From a virus: 64,000 nucleotides of DNA. Each line of letters begins with the position of its first letter. The first letter of the stretch is position 1. Below are positions 29,181 to 37,778 of the stretch, in pieces. A model generated the notes under the pieces. The model was given only the letters and a program-made list of their open reading frames with translations, did no database searches and was not told the DNA's origin. The translations under genes and the position numbers were made by a program. Where the stretch lies: the IMG/VR virus record IMGVR_UViG_3300045988_067909. One strand, written 5' to 3'.

Positions 29181-29949
29181 TGAGGTATTAACCAGACGAG
29201 ACTACGTATCAGATATAAGAATGGTAATCGATAGTAATATCGTGGAGTACGATATTGAGAAAGCCAATCTTAATATACTATACAAGTACAGAAAGATTGA
29301 TGATAAGACATATGATATGGTTTATCATATGGATAGATATAATAGACAATACTTTATGGGGAATTTTATACGAGACAACCATCTCAGTTCTACCTTAGCT
29401 GAGGGGATTAAGAAGGCCAAGTTAGCCTTTCTCGAGAAAAATGAAGTTCCCTTAGTATCCCTACTGGAGATACGTAATGATGCGTTATTTCTCATAAATC
29501 CTAGTATATTATACCCAGAACTTGATGGTATAACTTTCAAGGCAAAGTCTATATACTATGATTACTTAGAGTTAAATAATATGAGTATCTTCTTTACTAG
29601 AGATATGCTTATGACATATTTCGAAGTTAAGGGTATGCCTAATAGGGTTGTGGATTTACACATCCCATATCTATTGAAGTCTTTTGATAATATAATCAAT
29701 ATTTATAAGAGAGATAAGCGTAATGCTATTAAACAGCTCCATGGATTGTATAATGATTATATTGAACGTAAATTGGATATAGGATATTATAGACCATTCA
29801 ATATATTCTCTCAGTATGAGTTTAGAACTAGTTGTAGTCAATTCAATCTAAACTATGTACCTGAGCAATATAAGAATGCAATTGATATTTCATTTAATGA
29901 AAGAATCTTAAGAGAGTTTCATTCATTACTTCTTCAAGATACATTATGA
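29167..29949 (+). CDS. Hypothetical protein, 260 aa
   Basis: 14-nt overlap with the upstream gene. A terminator follows. Confidence 0.65.
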   Translation: MSLYDEVLTRRDYVSDIRMVIDSNIVEYDIEKANLNILYKYRKIDDKTYDMVYHMDRYNRQYFMGNFIRDNHLSSTLAEGIKKAKLAFLEKNEVPLVSLLEIRNDALFLINPSILYPELDGITFKAKSIYYDYLELNNMSIFFTRDMLMTYFEVKGMPNRVVDLHIPYLLKSFDNIINIYKRDKRNAIKQLHGLYNDYIERKLDIGYYRPFNIFSQYEFRTSCSQFNLNYVPEQYKNAIDISFNERILREFHSLLLQDTL

Positions 29950-29962
29950 GACAAAAGATATA

Positions 29963-30002
29963 CCCCATATAGGCAATGCCTATATGGGGTATTTTGTTTT
30001 TT
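29963..30002 (+). terminator. Hairpin CCCCATATAGG-caatg-CCTATATGGGG followed by TATTTTGTTTTTT
   Basis: Perfect 11-bp stem 14 nt after the stop, with a T-run. Confidence 0.7.
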
Positions 30003-30030
30003 ATAGTAAAAGTTAATACTTACGATTATA

Positions 30031-30134
30031 TACTATAATTGTGTATGGTAGATACAGCCACCTACAGTAGCTGTATCTAAATATAACCATACACTTGTAG
30101 ACATAAGTCTACTTGCCGAAAGGAGGTGACTCCT
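30031..30134 (+). promoter_or_regulatory. Conserved cassette leader, copy A. Promoter-like TATACTATAAT, then nested inverted repeats (GTGTATGGTAGATACAGC-N11-GCTGTATCTA-aatataa-CCATACAC; GTAGAC-ataa-GTCTAC), then AAAGGAGGTGA.
   Basis: About 90% identical to 59085-59191 and 59478-59584. The stems are conserved while the central loop differs among copies. Confidence 0.6.
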
Positions 30135-30341
30135 ATGGCACAACCTGGTTGCGTAGGAAACTACGCCAATCAGTTAGCTGAACGTAATTCCAATTTAGAA
30201 TGGAAAATACGTGTAGCTAAAACTTTGGTAGCCGATCGATATCTTGGCATTAATAATGTCACTCATCATGAAGCTATCATGGCTTACCGATTCCTCAAAG
30301 CTGTAGGAATCAAAATGACTATAACTGAAAATCACTTATAG
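30135..30341 (+). CDS. Small paralogous protein A (68 aa; MAQPGCVGNYANQLAER...NVTHHEAI.AYRFLKA.GIK..ITENHL), unknown function
   Basis: ATG lies 8 nt after GGAGG. Paralogous to 59192-59398 and 59585-59785. Own promoter and terminator. Confidence 0.7.
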   Translation: MAQPGCVGNYANQLAERNSNLEWKIRVAKTLVADRYLGINNVTHHEAIMAYRFLKAVGIKMTITENHL

Positions 30342-30351
30342 TCATTAATAT

Positions 30352-30397
30352 ACATGGGTAGTGTTACACCACACTACCCATGTATTATTTTTTTTTT
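30352..30397 (+). terminator. Hairpin ACATGGGTAGTGT-tacacc-ACACTACCCATGT followed by a run of about 10 T
   Basis: 13-bp perfect stem 11 nt after the stop. Strong T-run. Confidence 0.75.
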
Positions 30398-30578
30398 GTA
30401 ATAATAACACGGTTGCAGGGAGAGTAGTCTGCAACCGTGTCACTATAAGGAGAGTAATTAGTTGATTGCGTATTCAACTAACCATGAAAGAATTTATAGG
30501 ATGATTATCCTATGAGTGAATGTAATAGAAGAAGTGGATGGGTTCCGTCTTCTATTACAATCTTTGTTATATTAGTTA

Positions 30579-31394
30579 TTAATAATAAATTTGATAAGTG
30601 ATATCGATACCTTTGTTGAGTTCGATTAATTGTTCATTAGGGAAGTTTAATTTAGTCAAAGGACGGATATCTTGGTAATGCATTACGCCGTCGATTTCTT
30701 TACGCCAAGCATAGCATAAGGAGATAGTATTAATACGTGCTTCATTAAGACCTACAGTATTAACGAAGAATTCACGACATTCATCTTCAGTGATTTTAAG
30801 ATGGATTTCCACTACAGTTTCTACATCTAAGTTTTTATTAGTATTGTAGATCTTAGCATCGATAGGAGTACCATCTTCGAAACGACGAATTAATACAGGT
30901 TCAGTTTCGAATGTTTTAAAGTAATAAGCAACACGATTACCAATTACTTTACGACCATGATAAGTCATTTTCTTAGCATCACTAATGTCTTCAGTTACTA
31001 ATGGGTAACGGAAAGGAACCAATGCTTCAGGAGTAATCCATTTAGCATAATTAACTTCACGTACTTGAGAGTTTTCACGACCACAGCCATCAGTACCTAC
31101 ACAGAATAGCATAACTTTTTCTGCTTCTGCTGGAACTTCGAATACACTGTTTTCTAATCCTAGTTCAGTATTATAGGAAGGAGTGATTTCAGTAGTTGGT
31201 GCAAATCCGAAATGTGCTCGAGCTGTGAATTCAGCACCAGGTAAAACAATTTTATTTTTGCCACGGAATAATACTTTATCAGTACCCAAGGCTCTAATTA
31301 CAATATCAGTATCACGGTATGCATGAGAGCGAATAGATGCTTTCTCTTCAGTACCGTTAAACTCGTTAAAAATGAGTTCTTTAGTATTGGACAT
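30579..31394 (-). CDS. Hypothetical protein, 271 aa, probably structural
   Basis: Minus-strand ORF. The start is taken at the ATG 5 nt after GGAGG (reverse complement of 31401-31405) rather than the track ATG at 31406. It is the last gene of the minus-strand block. Confidence 0.6.
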   Translation of the reverse strand: MSNTKELIFNEFNGTEEKASIRSHAYRDTDIVIRALGTDKVLFRGKNKIVLPGAEFTARAHFGFAPTTEITPSYNTELGLENSVFEVPAEAEKVMLFCVGTDGCGRENSQVREVNYAKWITPEALVPFRYPLVTEDISDAKKMTYHGRKVIGNRVAYYFKTFETEPVLIRRFEDGTPIDAKIYNTNKNLDVETVVEIHLKITEDECREFFVNTVGLNEARINTISLCYAWRKEIDGVMHYQDIRPLTKLNFPNEQLIELNKGIDITYQIYY

Positions 31395-31453
31395 GTCGAC
31401 CTCCATAAATATATTTATCGTTATTTAAGCTTAAACTTTATAACTATGTTAAA

Positions 31454-34400
31454 CTAGGCTTTATAGAACGGGTTAAGCCATATATGGTCATGAGCCCTTG
31501 CTGTATCTTTAACTTTGAAGTGTACATTACTACCCATAGTATCATAAATGAATAAAGAGTTGATGTGATCATCAAGCATCAATTTAATATCTAGGTTAAG
31601 TTTATCATGTACACCATCTAAACCGTCAATCTCATCTATTAATGGTTTCAATACAATGTATTTAATGATATCCTTAGGAAGAATATCATACATATCAGCA
31701 AGAATAAGAGTTTTATACCACCAGTTACGTAAGTACATCTTATCACAGAAATGTACAGCATCTTTAGCTAAAGATTTGATATGTGTATTTACTATACCAT
31801 CAACTATATCAATACTGTCATCGTCTTTAATCTTACAGATATACCAGATATCATCTATGGCTCTAATGGTTTCAAATAGTCTACTATCAAATTTATAGAT
31901 GGTATTAATACCCATAACCTCGATCTTATAAGATTTAAAGAAGTTTATAACTTTAGCTACGTATTGTTTGATAAAGTCTAGACCAACACCTGGGAATGAG
32001 TTAAACAAGTATTGGTATTCATTACTATTAAAGTATCTTTCTACGTATTTGGTAATGTCAATACATGTATTGATGATACGTTTTCTTTTTTCTGTAAGAT
32101 CACCTATATTACGTACACTATCGATAAGTCCAGATAAGTCTTTATCCCTATAAGTCAAGAAATTATAGTAAGACTTATTAGGTTCTTTACCTCGATCTGC
32201 ATCAAATGGCATCTTAAAGAAGTCATTATTATATTTGATTTGCATCAATGCTTCATAAGTCTTCTTATAAGCATTATATTCACGATAGTTATTAGCATCT
32301 TTCATGTGTTTAAGAAGATCATTACGTAATGCTAGGTTATTATTGAATATCTTGAGTAGCTGTTTAGCCGAAGTCAATGGAGTCTTATAAGATTCAAACT
32401 TATCTGCACCAGTATAATCTAGATCTTTATAATATCTAGGACCACGAAGCATCTTTTGTAATACCCCTAAGTCTGCATCAAAGTTAAAGCCCATAATATA
32501 CATAATCTTTTCAGGATCTTGCATGATATCATCTTCAAGATTATAGTATTCGTACATTAGAGAGAATAGTGTACACATAATATCACTAAGTCTAAACATT
32601 TTAAACTCACGAATAGATGGTACTTGTAGCATAAGTCTATCTTCAAGTTTGACTTTATCGAATAATAAGTTAAAGAAGTAAGGCATATCAAATGCAATCT
32701 TAGTCATAGACATTACAGAATCAATAGTAATATACTTTGTACGTACATAGTTAAACTCTTTATCAAGAATCTCTCTATATACATCTTCTTTATCCATTTC
32801 ACCAGTCCATAGCCCATCACCCTCAGTCATTTTATCATAAGGGATATGATTATTTTTATCTTTGATATACTTATCACCAGATTCAGTTAATGGAATCTTT
32901 ACGAATTTCAAATCATAGTTCTTTTCATTATCTTCAACTAGTTTCTTATTAATCTTAGCATTAATATAGTTAAAGATAAACTTGATTTTGGAACCATGTT
33001 TTGCCATCTTAGCTTTATCAGTTAAGAAGATTTTACCATTAATTATTTCATAGTCATTCTTAACTAGTACATATCCATCATCCATAACCATCATCATACG
33101 GTTATTATTAGGAGATTCCAAATATCCATCAAATGGGAATGGAATAGTAATACCTGTAGCATCATCAGCTATATCAGCCATTACCATCTCAGATTTGATA
33201 TACTTATTATACTTCCGGAATATAGTATTGTATACGAAAGTGATATTGAATCCTCTAGTAGCATCAATAACTGTACCATCGGTAAATTCAAAGATATCAC
33301 CACTGATTCTATAACGTTCTGGAGATACTAGTGTACTACCAATAGTTACAAATAACCCATTATGCGATTTCATATAGTTAAAGAATGGGAATATGATTTG
33401 GAATTTATTAGTACCCTCAATAGGTGTAGTTATAAACTGGTCTTCTATATTGATAGAAAACTCATTCTCTGGATAGTCATAGTAGTAGCATACGACATTA
33501 TCAGCTATATTCAATAAGAACTTAGTATCAGTAATCTCTATACCAGTATTAGTATATCTAAATCTAGACTCTTCTAGACGTCTACCATTAACTAGTAGAA
33601 TAATCTTATTCTTCTTAGGTATATATCCGTCATATGGATACTCAAGAGATAGTACACTTTGTTTATTATTATCAACTGCAACTGTTTTAACTTTCTTATT
33701 AGTTACAGTTTGGTCTTCTGGATATGTATATATCACTTCTATAGTAATACCCTTACGCATCAATAAGTTTTGTTTATTAATATGGAGAGTATTCTTAAGA
33801 ATAGTATACTCAGTAAATGCTAATGGGTCTCCATTTACATACACTTCGATGACATTGTTATTATTTATATATCCAGCAAATGGGAAATTAAGTTCATACT
33901 TAGTTTCACCAGGTGTAGTTACAGTAATAGTTTGAGTTTCTGTATGTAATGCTACTGGTCTAGTATTAGAATATATAAAGTTAGTATTGACCACACGGTC
34001 ATTAATAAACTTATCATCATTATCTATATTAGTGATATTAAGTTTATTGTCTGATGTCAATGTAGAGAAATATCTATCTTTTTGAAGATATACTGATGCG
34101 GTATCAGCAAAGTATACACCATGGTCTACATAGTCAATATCTTCTGGGACTTCGGTAATGATAGTATTAGATGTATCTTTGGCTTTAGTTTGAATAGTTT
34201 TAAACTTAAATTTGTATTTATCAGAGTAGATAAATACGGCTACAAGTTCTCTATTGGCATTAGTATCACTAATATTCCAATCTATATCATCAGTAAAGAT
34301 AATCTTAGTAAAGTCATCATTAAATCTATATCGTGTTGGGTCTATAAATGTAGAACCGACTGACAATCTTAAACCAAAGCCCTTTTCAAAGTAAGTATCT

Positions 34401-35851
34401 TTATCTACAGGGAATTCTATAGGAACTTCACGTGTGTTATTATCCACTATAGTGATAAACTTAGTCTCAGTTTTAATAGTATAGTCATTAATATTAGCAG
34501 GGATATCTGGGGTCTTATTACTCAAGAAGTCAAACTTAAGTGTAGTCTTACCGTCAAGATAATGCTCATTTTCAAATACTATCTTATGCTCGATCACATT
34601 ATATTCAAATGGTGGTATTAGTAAGTCATCAGCATACAGATGTATATAATTACCCTTGTCTAAGAACTCTGTATCATTATTAGGGTATGGTATAGGGATA
34701 TTATTATGGTCAGTTATAGGCATAGTGCTTGTAGCAGTATCCATAACCTCTTCGGTATCTAAGTAAGTTTTGTATTTATAGTTAAATACATAGTCACCAG
34801 TATCAGGATCAGACTTTCTGTCTTTAAGAAGATAGTATTTAAAGATTCTAATATCATCAAACCCAAATAATGAGCATATATCAACCATACAAGTTGGTGT
34901 AGATTTGAATTTCAATAGCTTATTAAGATTCTTAACCATAGCTATTTGATATTTCAAAGGAATCTCATCATAGTATGGTACATCATGCCATTCAAAGATA
35001 TAACGAATACATCTTTCATCTAATACATCTAGTTTGATAATATGCTCCCCTGTTTCAGAGATAAGATCAATCATAGTTTGTAATAGAATGAAGATAGTAA
35101 TAAAGTTAGTATAGTAATCACTATCAAATCTATAGGCTTCTGCATACACAGTTGCCATAGTATAAGCACGGTTTACTATATAACGATTCTTAAATTTATC
35201 AGATAAAACTTGTTGATCTATACGTGGTAAGTATAATAACTCAAAGTTATCAGCTTTACGTGCAGCATATGCAGTAATACCTGATGCTATATAGTTTAGA
35301 TAAGCATATGCTGGACCAATATACCTAGAACGTAGTTCATCCATTATGCCATGATCTTCTAGTATATTTAATTCAAACTCAGACATTTCATGCATAGGCT
35401 TACTAAAGTCTACACCAATATTATCTTTACGTAAATCTGCATCTACATATAAGAATGGCATACCTAATGGTGGTTTACCCATAATCATACGATAGTATTC
35501 ATTATATTCTACATAGTGATTTACAAAGTATTCGGATGCAAACTTACGACAAGTTTCACGTTTATTTAATGGTATGAGTCGTGGATCTTTCTTAATACCC
35601 ATCCAATATTCTCTACCTATTTCGCAGCGAGATAAGATAAGATCATTATACTCATAAGCATCATATGGTGCTTTACCTTCGATAGATTGAATATATAGGT
35701 CAGCATAATACATAGATGCTTCATATTCTTTAGAATCAGCTAAGTCTTTATCTTTTACTACTGCACCTAATGCTAAGATTTTACTGTAGTACACAGTATT
35801 ATCTACAAAAGGCTCAGGTGAGATTGCTTTAATAATATGAGAAAGTCTCAT
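31454..35851 (-). CDS. Large hypothetical structural protein, 1465 aa, probably tail or baseplate
   Basis: ATG 11 nt after AGGGAGGA. Long ORF with normal composition within the minus-strand virion block. Confidence 0.65.
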   Translation of the reverse strand: MRLSHIIKAISPEPFVDNTVYYSKILALGAVVKDKDLADSKEYEASMYYADLYIQSIEGKAPYDAYEYNDLILSRCEIGREYWMGIKKDPRLIPLNKRETCRKFASEYFVNHYVEYNEYYRMIMGKPPLGMPFLYVDADLRKDNIGVDFSKPMHEMSEFELNILEDHGIMDELRSRYIGPAYAYLNYIASGITAYAARKADNFELLYLPRIDQQVLSDKFKNRYIVNRAYTMATVYAEAYRFDSDYYTNFITIFILLQTMIDLISETGEHIIKLDVLDERCIRYIFEWHDVPYYDEIPLKYQIAMVKNLNKLLKFKSTPTCMVDICSLFGFDDIRIFKYYLLKDRKSDPDTGDYVFNYKYKTYLDTEEVMDTATSTMPITDHNNIPIPYPNNDTEFLDKGNYIHLYADDLLIPPFEYNVIEHKIVFENEHYLDGKTTLKFDFLSNKTPDIPANINDYTIKTETKFITIVDNNTREVPIEFPVDKDTYFEKGFGLRLSVGSTFIDPTRYRFNDDFTKIIFTDDIDWNISDTNANRELVAVFIYSDKYKFKFKTIQTKAKDTSNTIITEVPEDIDYVDHGVYFADTASVYLQKDRYFSTLTSDNKLNITNIDNDDKFINDRVVNTNFIYSNTRPVALHTETQTITVTTPGETKYELNFPFAGYINNNNVIEVYVNGDPLAFTEYTILKNTLHINKQNLLMRKGITIEVIYTYPEDQTVTNKKVKTVAVDNNKQSVLSLEYPYDGYIPKKNKIILLVNGRRLEESRFRYTNTGIEITDTKFLLNIADNVVCYYYDYPENEFSINIEDQFITTPIEGTNKFQIIFPFFNYMKSHNGLFVTIGSTLVSPERYRISGDIFEFTDGTVIDATRGFNITFVYNTIFRKYNKYIKSEMVMADIADDATGITIPFPFDGYLESPNNNRMMMVMDDGYVLVKNDYEIINGKIFLTDKAKMAKHGSKIKFIFNYINAKINKKLVEDNEKNYDLKFVKIPLTESGDKYIKDKNNHIPYDKMTEGDGLWTGEMDKEDVYREILDKEFNYVRTKYITIDSVMSMTKIAFDMPYFFNLLFDKVKLEDRLMLQVPSIREFKMFRLSDIMCTLFSLMYEYYNLEDDIMQDPEKIMYIMGFNFDADLGVLQKMLRGPRYYKDLDYTGADKFESYKTPLTSAKQLLKIFNNNLALRNDLLKHMKDANNYREYNAYKKTYEALMQIKYNNDFFKMPFDADRGKEPNKSYYNFLTYRDKDLSGLIDSVRNIGDLTEKRKRIINTCIDITKYVERYFNSNEYQYLFNSFPGVGLDFIKQYVAKVINFFKSYKIEVMGINTIYKFDSRLFETIRAIDDIWYICKIKDDDSIDIVDGIVNTHIKSLAKDAVHFCDKMYLRNWWYKTLILADMYDILPKDIIKYIVLKPLIDEIDGLDGVHDKLNLDIKLMLDDHINSLFIYDTMGSNVHFKVKDTARAHDHIWLNPFYKA

Positions 35852-35976
35852 TCTTTGTAGTTCCTCCCTTCGGAATGGAATTATTCGATTACTACTATGT
35901 ACTGACCGTAATAGCCTATTTAGCCCAACATCAAGTTAATCGTACCTATTTGAATAACAACAGGAGTGTTTAGAAT

Positions 35977-36663
35977 ATGAGTCAACCATTTCCGGACTTA
36001 AGCATTATTACAAGTCCAAATAATCCAGTTATAAAATCTCCTTTTGTACCATACCAATTGGAGTTCTATCAAACTAAATATTCCCTAATGGATATTGATA
36101 GATATACAAGTTTTGTAAAGAATGCTGTATCTAGATTTAGAGCATCTAGAGCTTATAAGAATTATAAGTTCTTCTTAATGAATCTAGGTATGGATAGATG
36201 CCAAATCAATAATAATATCACTATGGATATGGCTACTATTGAGATGCATCATAATATGCTAACTATCTTTGATATTGCTTTTATCATTACAGAGCATATC
36301 ATTAATACTACAGGGTATATTACTTCATTTGACTTAGTACAGCATTTACGTAAAGTTCATCATGAGCATAAGGTAATGCTTGTAATGTTAAATTTAACAG
36401 CTCACCAACTTTATCATAATACAAATAATTTCTTCATTCATCCAGATATGTGTTTTGGTAACTGGGGAGCTTTCCTAGAAGAGTATAAATATGGTATCAC
36501 CATTGAGATTGCCAATAAAGTTATACGCTACTTAGATGAAGCTATTAAAGTCGGTTCCACACAAGATAATGGATTGATGGAAGTTCGTGATCATTTAGTG
36601 AATTGGAGTCGATACAATGAGTACAACCTTGGAAATCAGTCTTACGGTAATACTAACTATTAG
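35977..36663 (+). CDS. Hypothetical protein, 228 aa
   Basis: AGGAG ribosome-binding site. A plus-strand islet inside the minus-strand block. Confidence 0.6.
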   Translation: MSQPFPDLSIITSPNNPVIKSPFVPYQLEFYQTKYSLMDIDRYTSFVKNAVSRFRASRAYKNYKFFLMNLGMDRCQINNNITMDMATIEMHHNMLTIFDIAFIITEHIINTTGYITSFDLVQHLRKVHHEHKVMLVMLNLTAHQLYHNTNNFFIHPDMCFGNWGAFLEEYKYGITIEIANKVIRYLDEAIKVGSTQDNGLMEVRDHLVNWSRYNEYNLGNQSYGNTNY

Positions 36664-37054
36664 TATTATAGCTTTCTTCTTTACAGTTAGTGTAATCATT
36701 AACCGTGTTACATACTTCTATGAACAACAAATGGCGTTCAAACGTTCTCGAATTAAGATCGATGTACGTGAAGTCGATAATATGATTGATAATATGATTC
36801 AAGAGGGTATCAATGAATTCTTAGTCATTAATAACCTAGCATTCAATGATGATAACTATATTAGAGAAGATATAGAAAAGCAAATGCGTAAATACGTATC
36901 TGATTATATCATAGCTAGAACTACTCCAGTATTCTTGGAGAAAGCTCACTATGTATATAGAAAAGAGTCTTTTACTAATATAGTAGCTAATAAGATCATT
37001 ATTGGTGTAACCTTGTATGTAGCAAAAAACAATGCTGAAATGAAGAATAGATAG
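36617..37054 (+). CDS. Hypothetical membrane protein, 145 aa
   Basis: N-terminal hydrophobic segment LTVILTISIIAFFFTVSVII. Overlaps the upstream gene by 47 nt. Confidence 0.55.
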   Translation: MSTTLEISLTVILTISIIAFFFTVSVIINRVTYFYEQQMAFKRSRIKIDVREVDNMIDNMIQEGINEFLVINNLAFNDDNYIREDIEKQMRKYVSDYIIARTTPVFLEKAHYVYRKESFTNIVANKIIIGVTLYVAKNNAEMKNR

Positions 37055-37060
37055 AAAGAA

Positions 37061-37087
37061 CCCCATATAGACAATGTCTATATGGGG
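37061..37087. terminator. Bidirectional hairpin CCCCATATAGA-caatg-TCTATATGGGG
   Basis: Lies between the plus-strand gene (stop at 37054) and the minus-strand gene (stop at 37168). A U-rich tract follows on the minus-strand reading (TTCTTTCTATCTATTC). Confidence 0.55.
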
Positions 37088-37167
37088 ATTCATTCTGCTA
37101 ATTGCTTTATCGAGGTTTACCATTGAACTGTCATTGCAGACCAATGATACTATAGTGTTATATAAAA

Positions 37168-37755
37168 TTAAATATCTAATCTATAATTTTCATTATAGTT
37201 CTGTAGTTCTTCCTCTGACATATAGTTCTTAAGTAGCTTATCTAAAGCAAGATCACCAACCTTGTCTTCGAATAAACCACGTACGTGATTATGGAATGTA
37301 TTCAAGAAGAAGTATTTCTTATTCTTTATACATCTAATCATGAATGCTTTATATAAATCCAAGATAGCATTTGTAACACCAGTATGCTTATACGCTCGGA
37401 ATAAGATACCAGTTAAACTAGAGAAAGCAAGTATATCAGAATAATCTAATTCATCAATAGCTGTAAGTATTACACTAGTGATATTATAGTCATTCTTAAT
37501 ATTGAACCAAGCCTGATTACAAGACTCTAGATAGATTAAGATATTAGAAGCCTTGTGTTTAACACAAAGACCCAATACTGTACCATCTAGCATATCTAAG
37601 TATTGCTTAGCATAGAACTTGTATAGTGCTAAATCATCATCAGCAATAATAGACTCTAAGATGAGGTCTAGAGAGACCCCATCTTTAGTTAAGTCATGAA
37701 TATATAATATTCTTTCTGCAGCTGAAAGATTCTTTAGTTTAGCTGAATATTCCAT
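37168..37755 (-). CDS. Hypothetical protein, 195 aa
   Basis: ATG after GGGGAGA (reverse complement). Confidence 0.65.
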   Translation of the reverse strand: MEYSAKLKNLSAAERILYIHDLTKDGVSLDLILESIIADDDLALYKFYAKQYLDMLDGTVLGLCVKHKASNILIYLESCNQAWFNIKNDYNITSVILTAIDELDYSDILAFSSLTGILFRAYKHTGVTNAILDLYKAFMIRCIKNKKYFFLNTFHNHVRGLFEDKVGDLALDKLLKNYMSEEELQNYNENYRLDI

Positions 37756-37778
37756 TTGATTCTCCCCTAATATACTTA

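Noticed and set aside
30398-30578. Additional hairpins (ACGGTTGCAG-N10-CTGCAACCGT at 30409-30438; GTAATAGAAGA-N15-TCTTCTATTAC at 30523-30559) as a minus-strand terminator for the 30579 gene
   Set aside because: Neither is followed by a U-tract in the minus-strand orientation. The function is unclear, possibly processing sites or protein-binding sites. They are not called as features.
31395-31406. Track start MEVDMSNTK at 31406 for the 275-aa minus-strand ORF
   Set aside because: GGAGG overlaps these codons and is correctly spaced for the ATG at 31394. No ribosome-binding site exists upstream of 31406.
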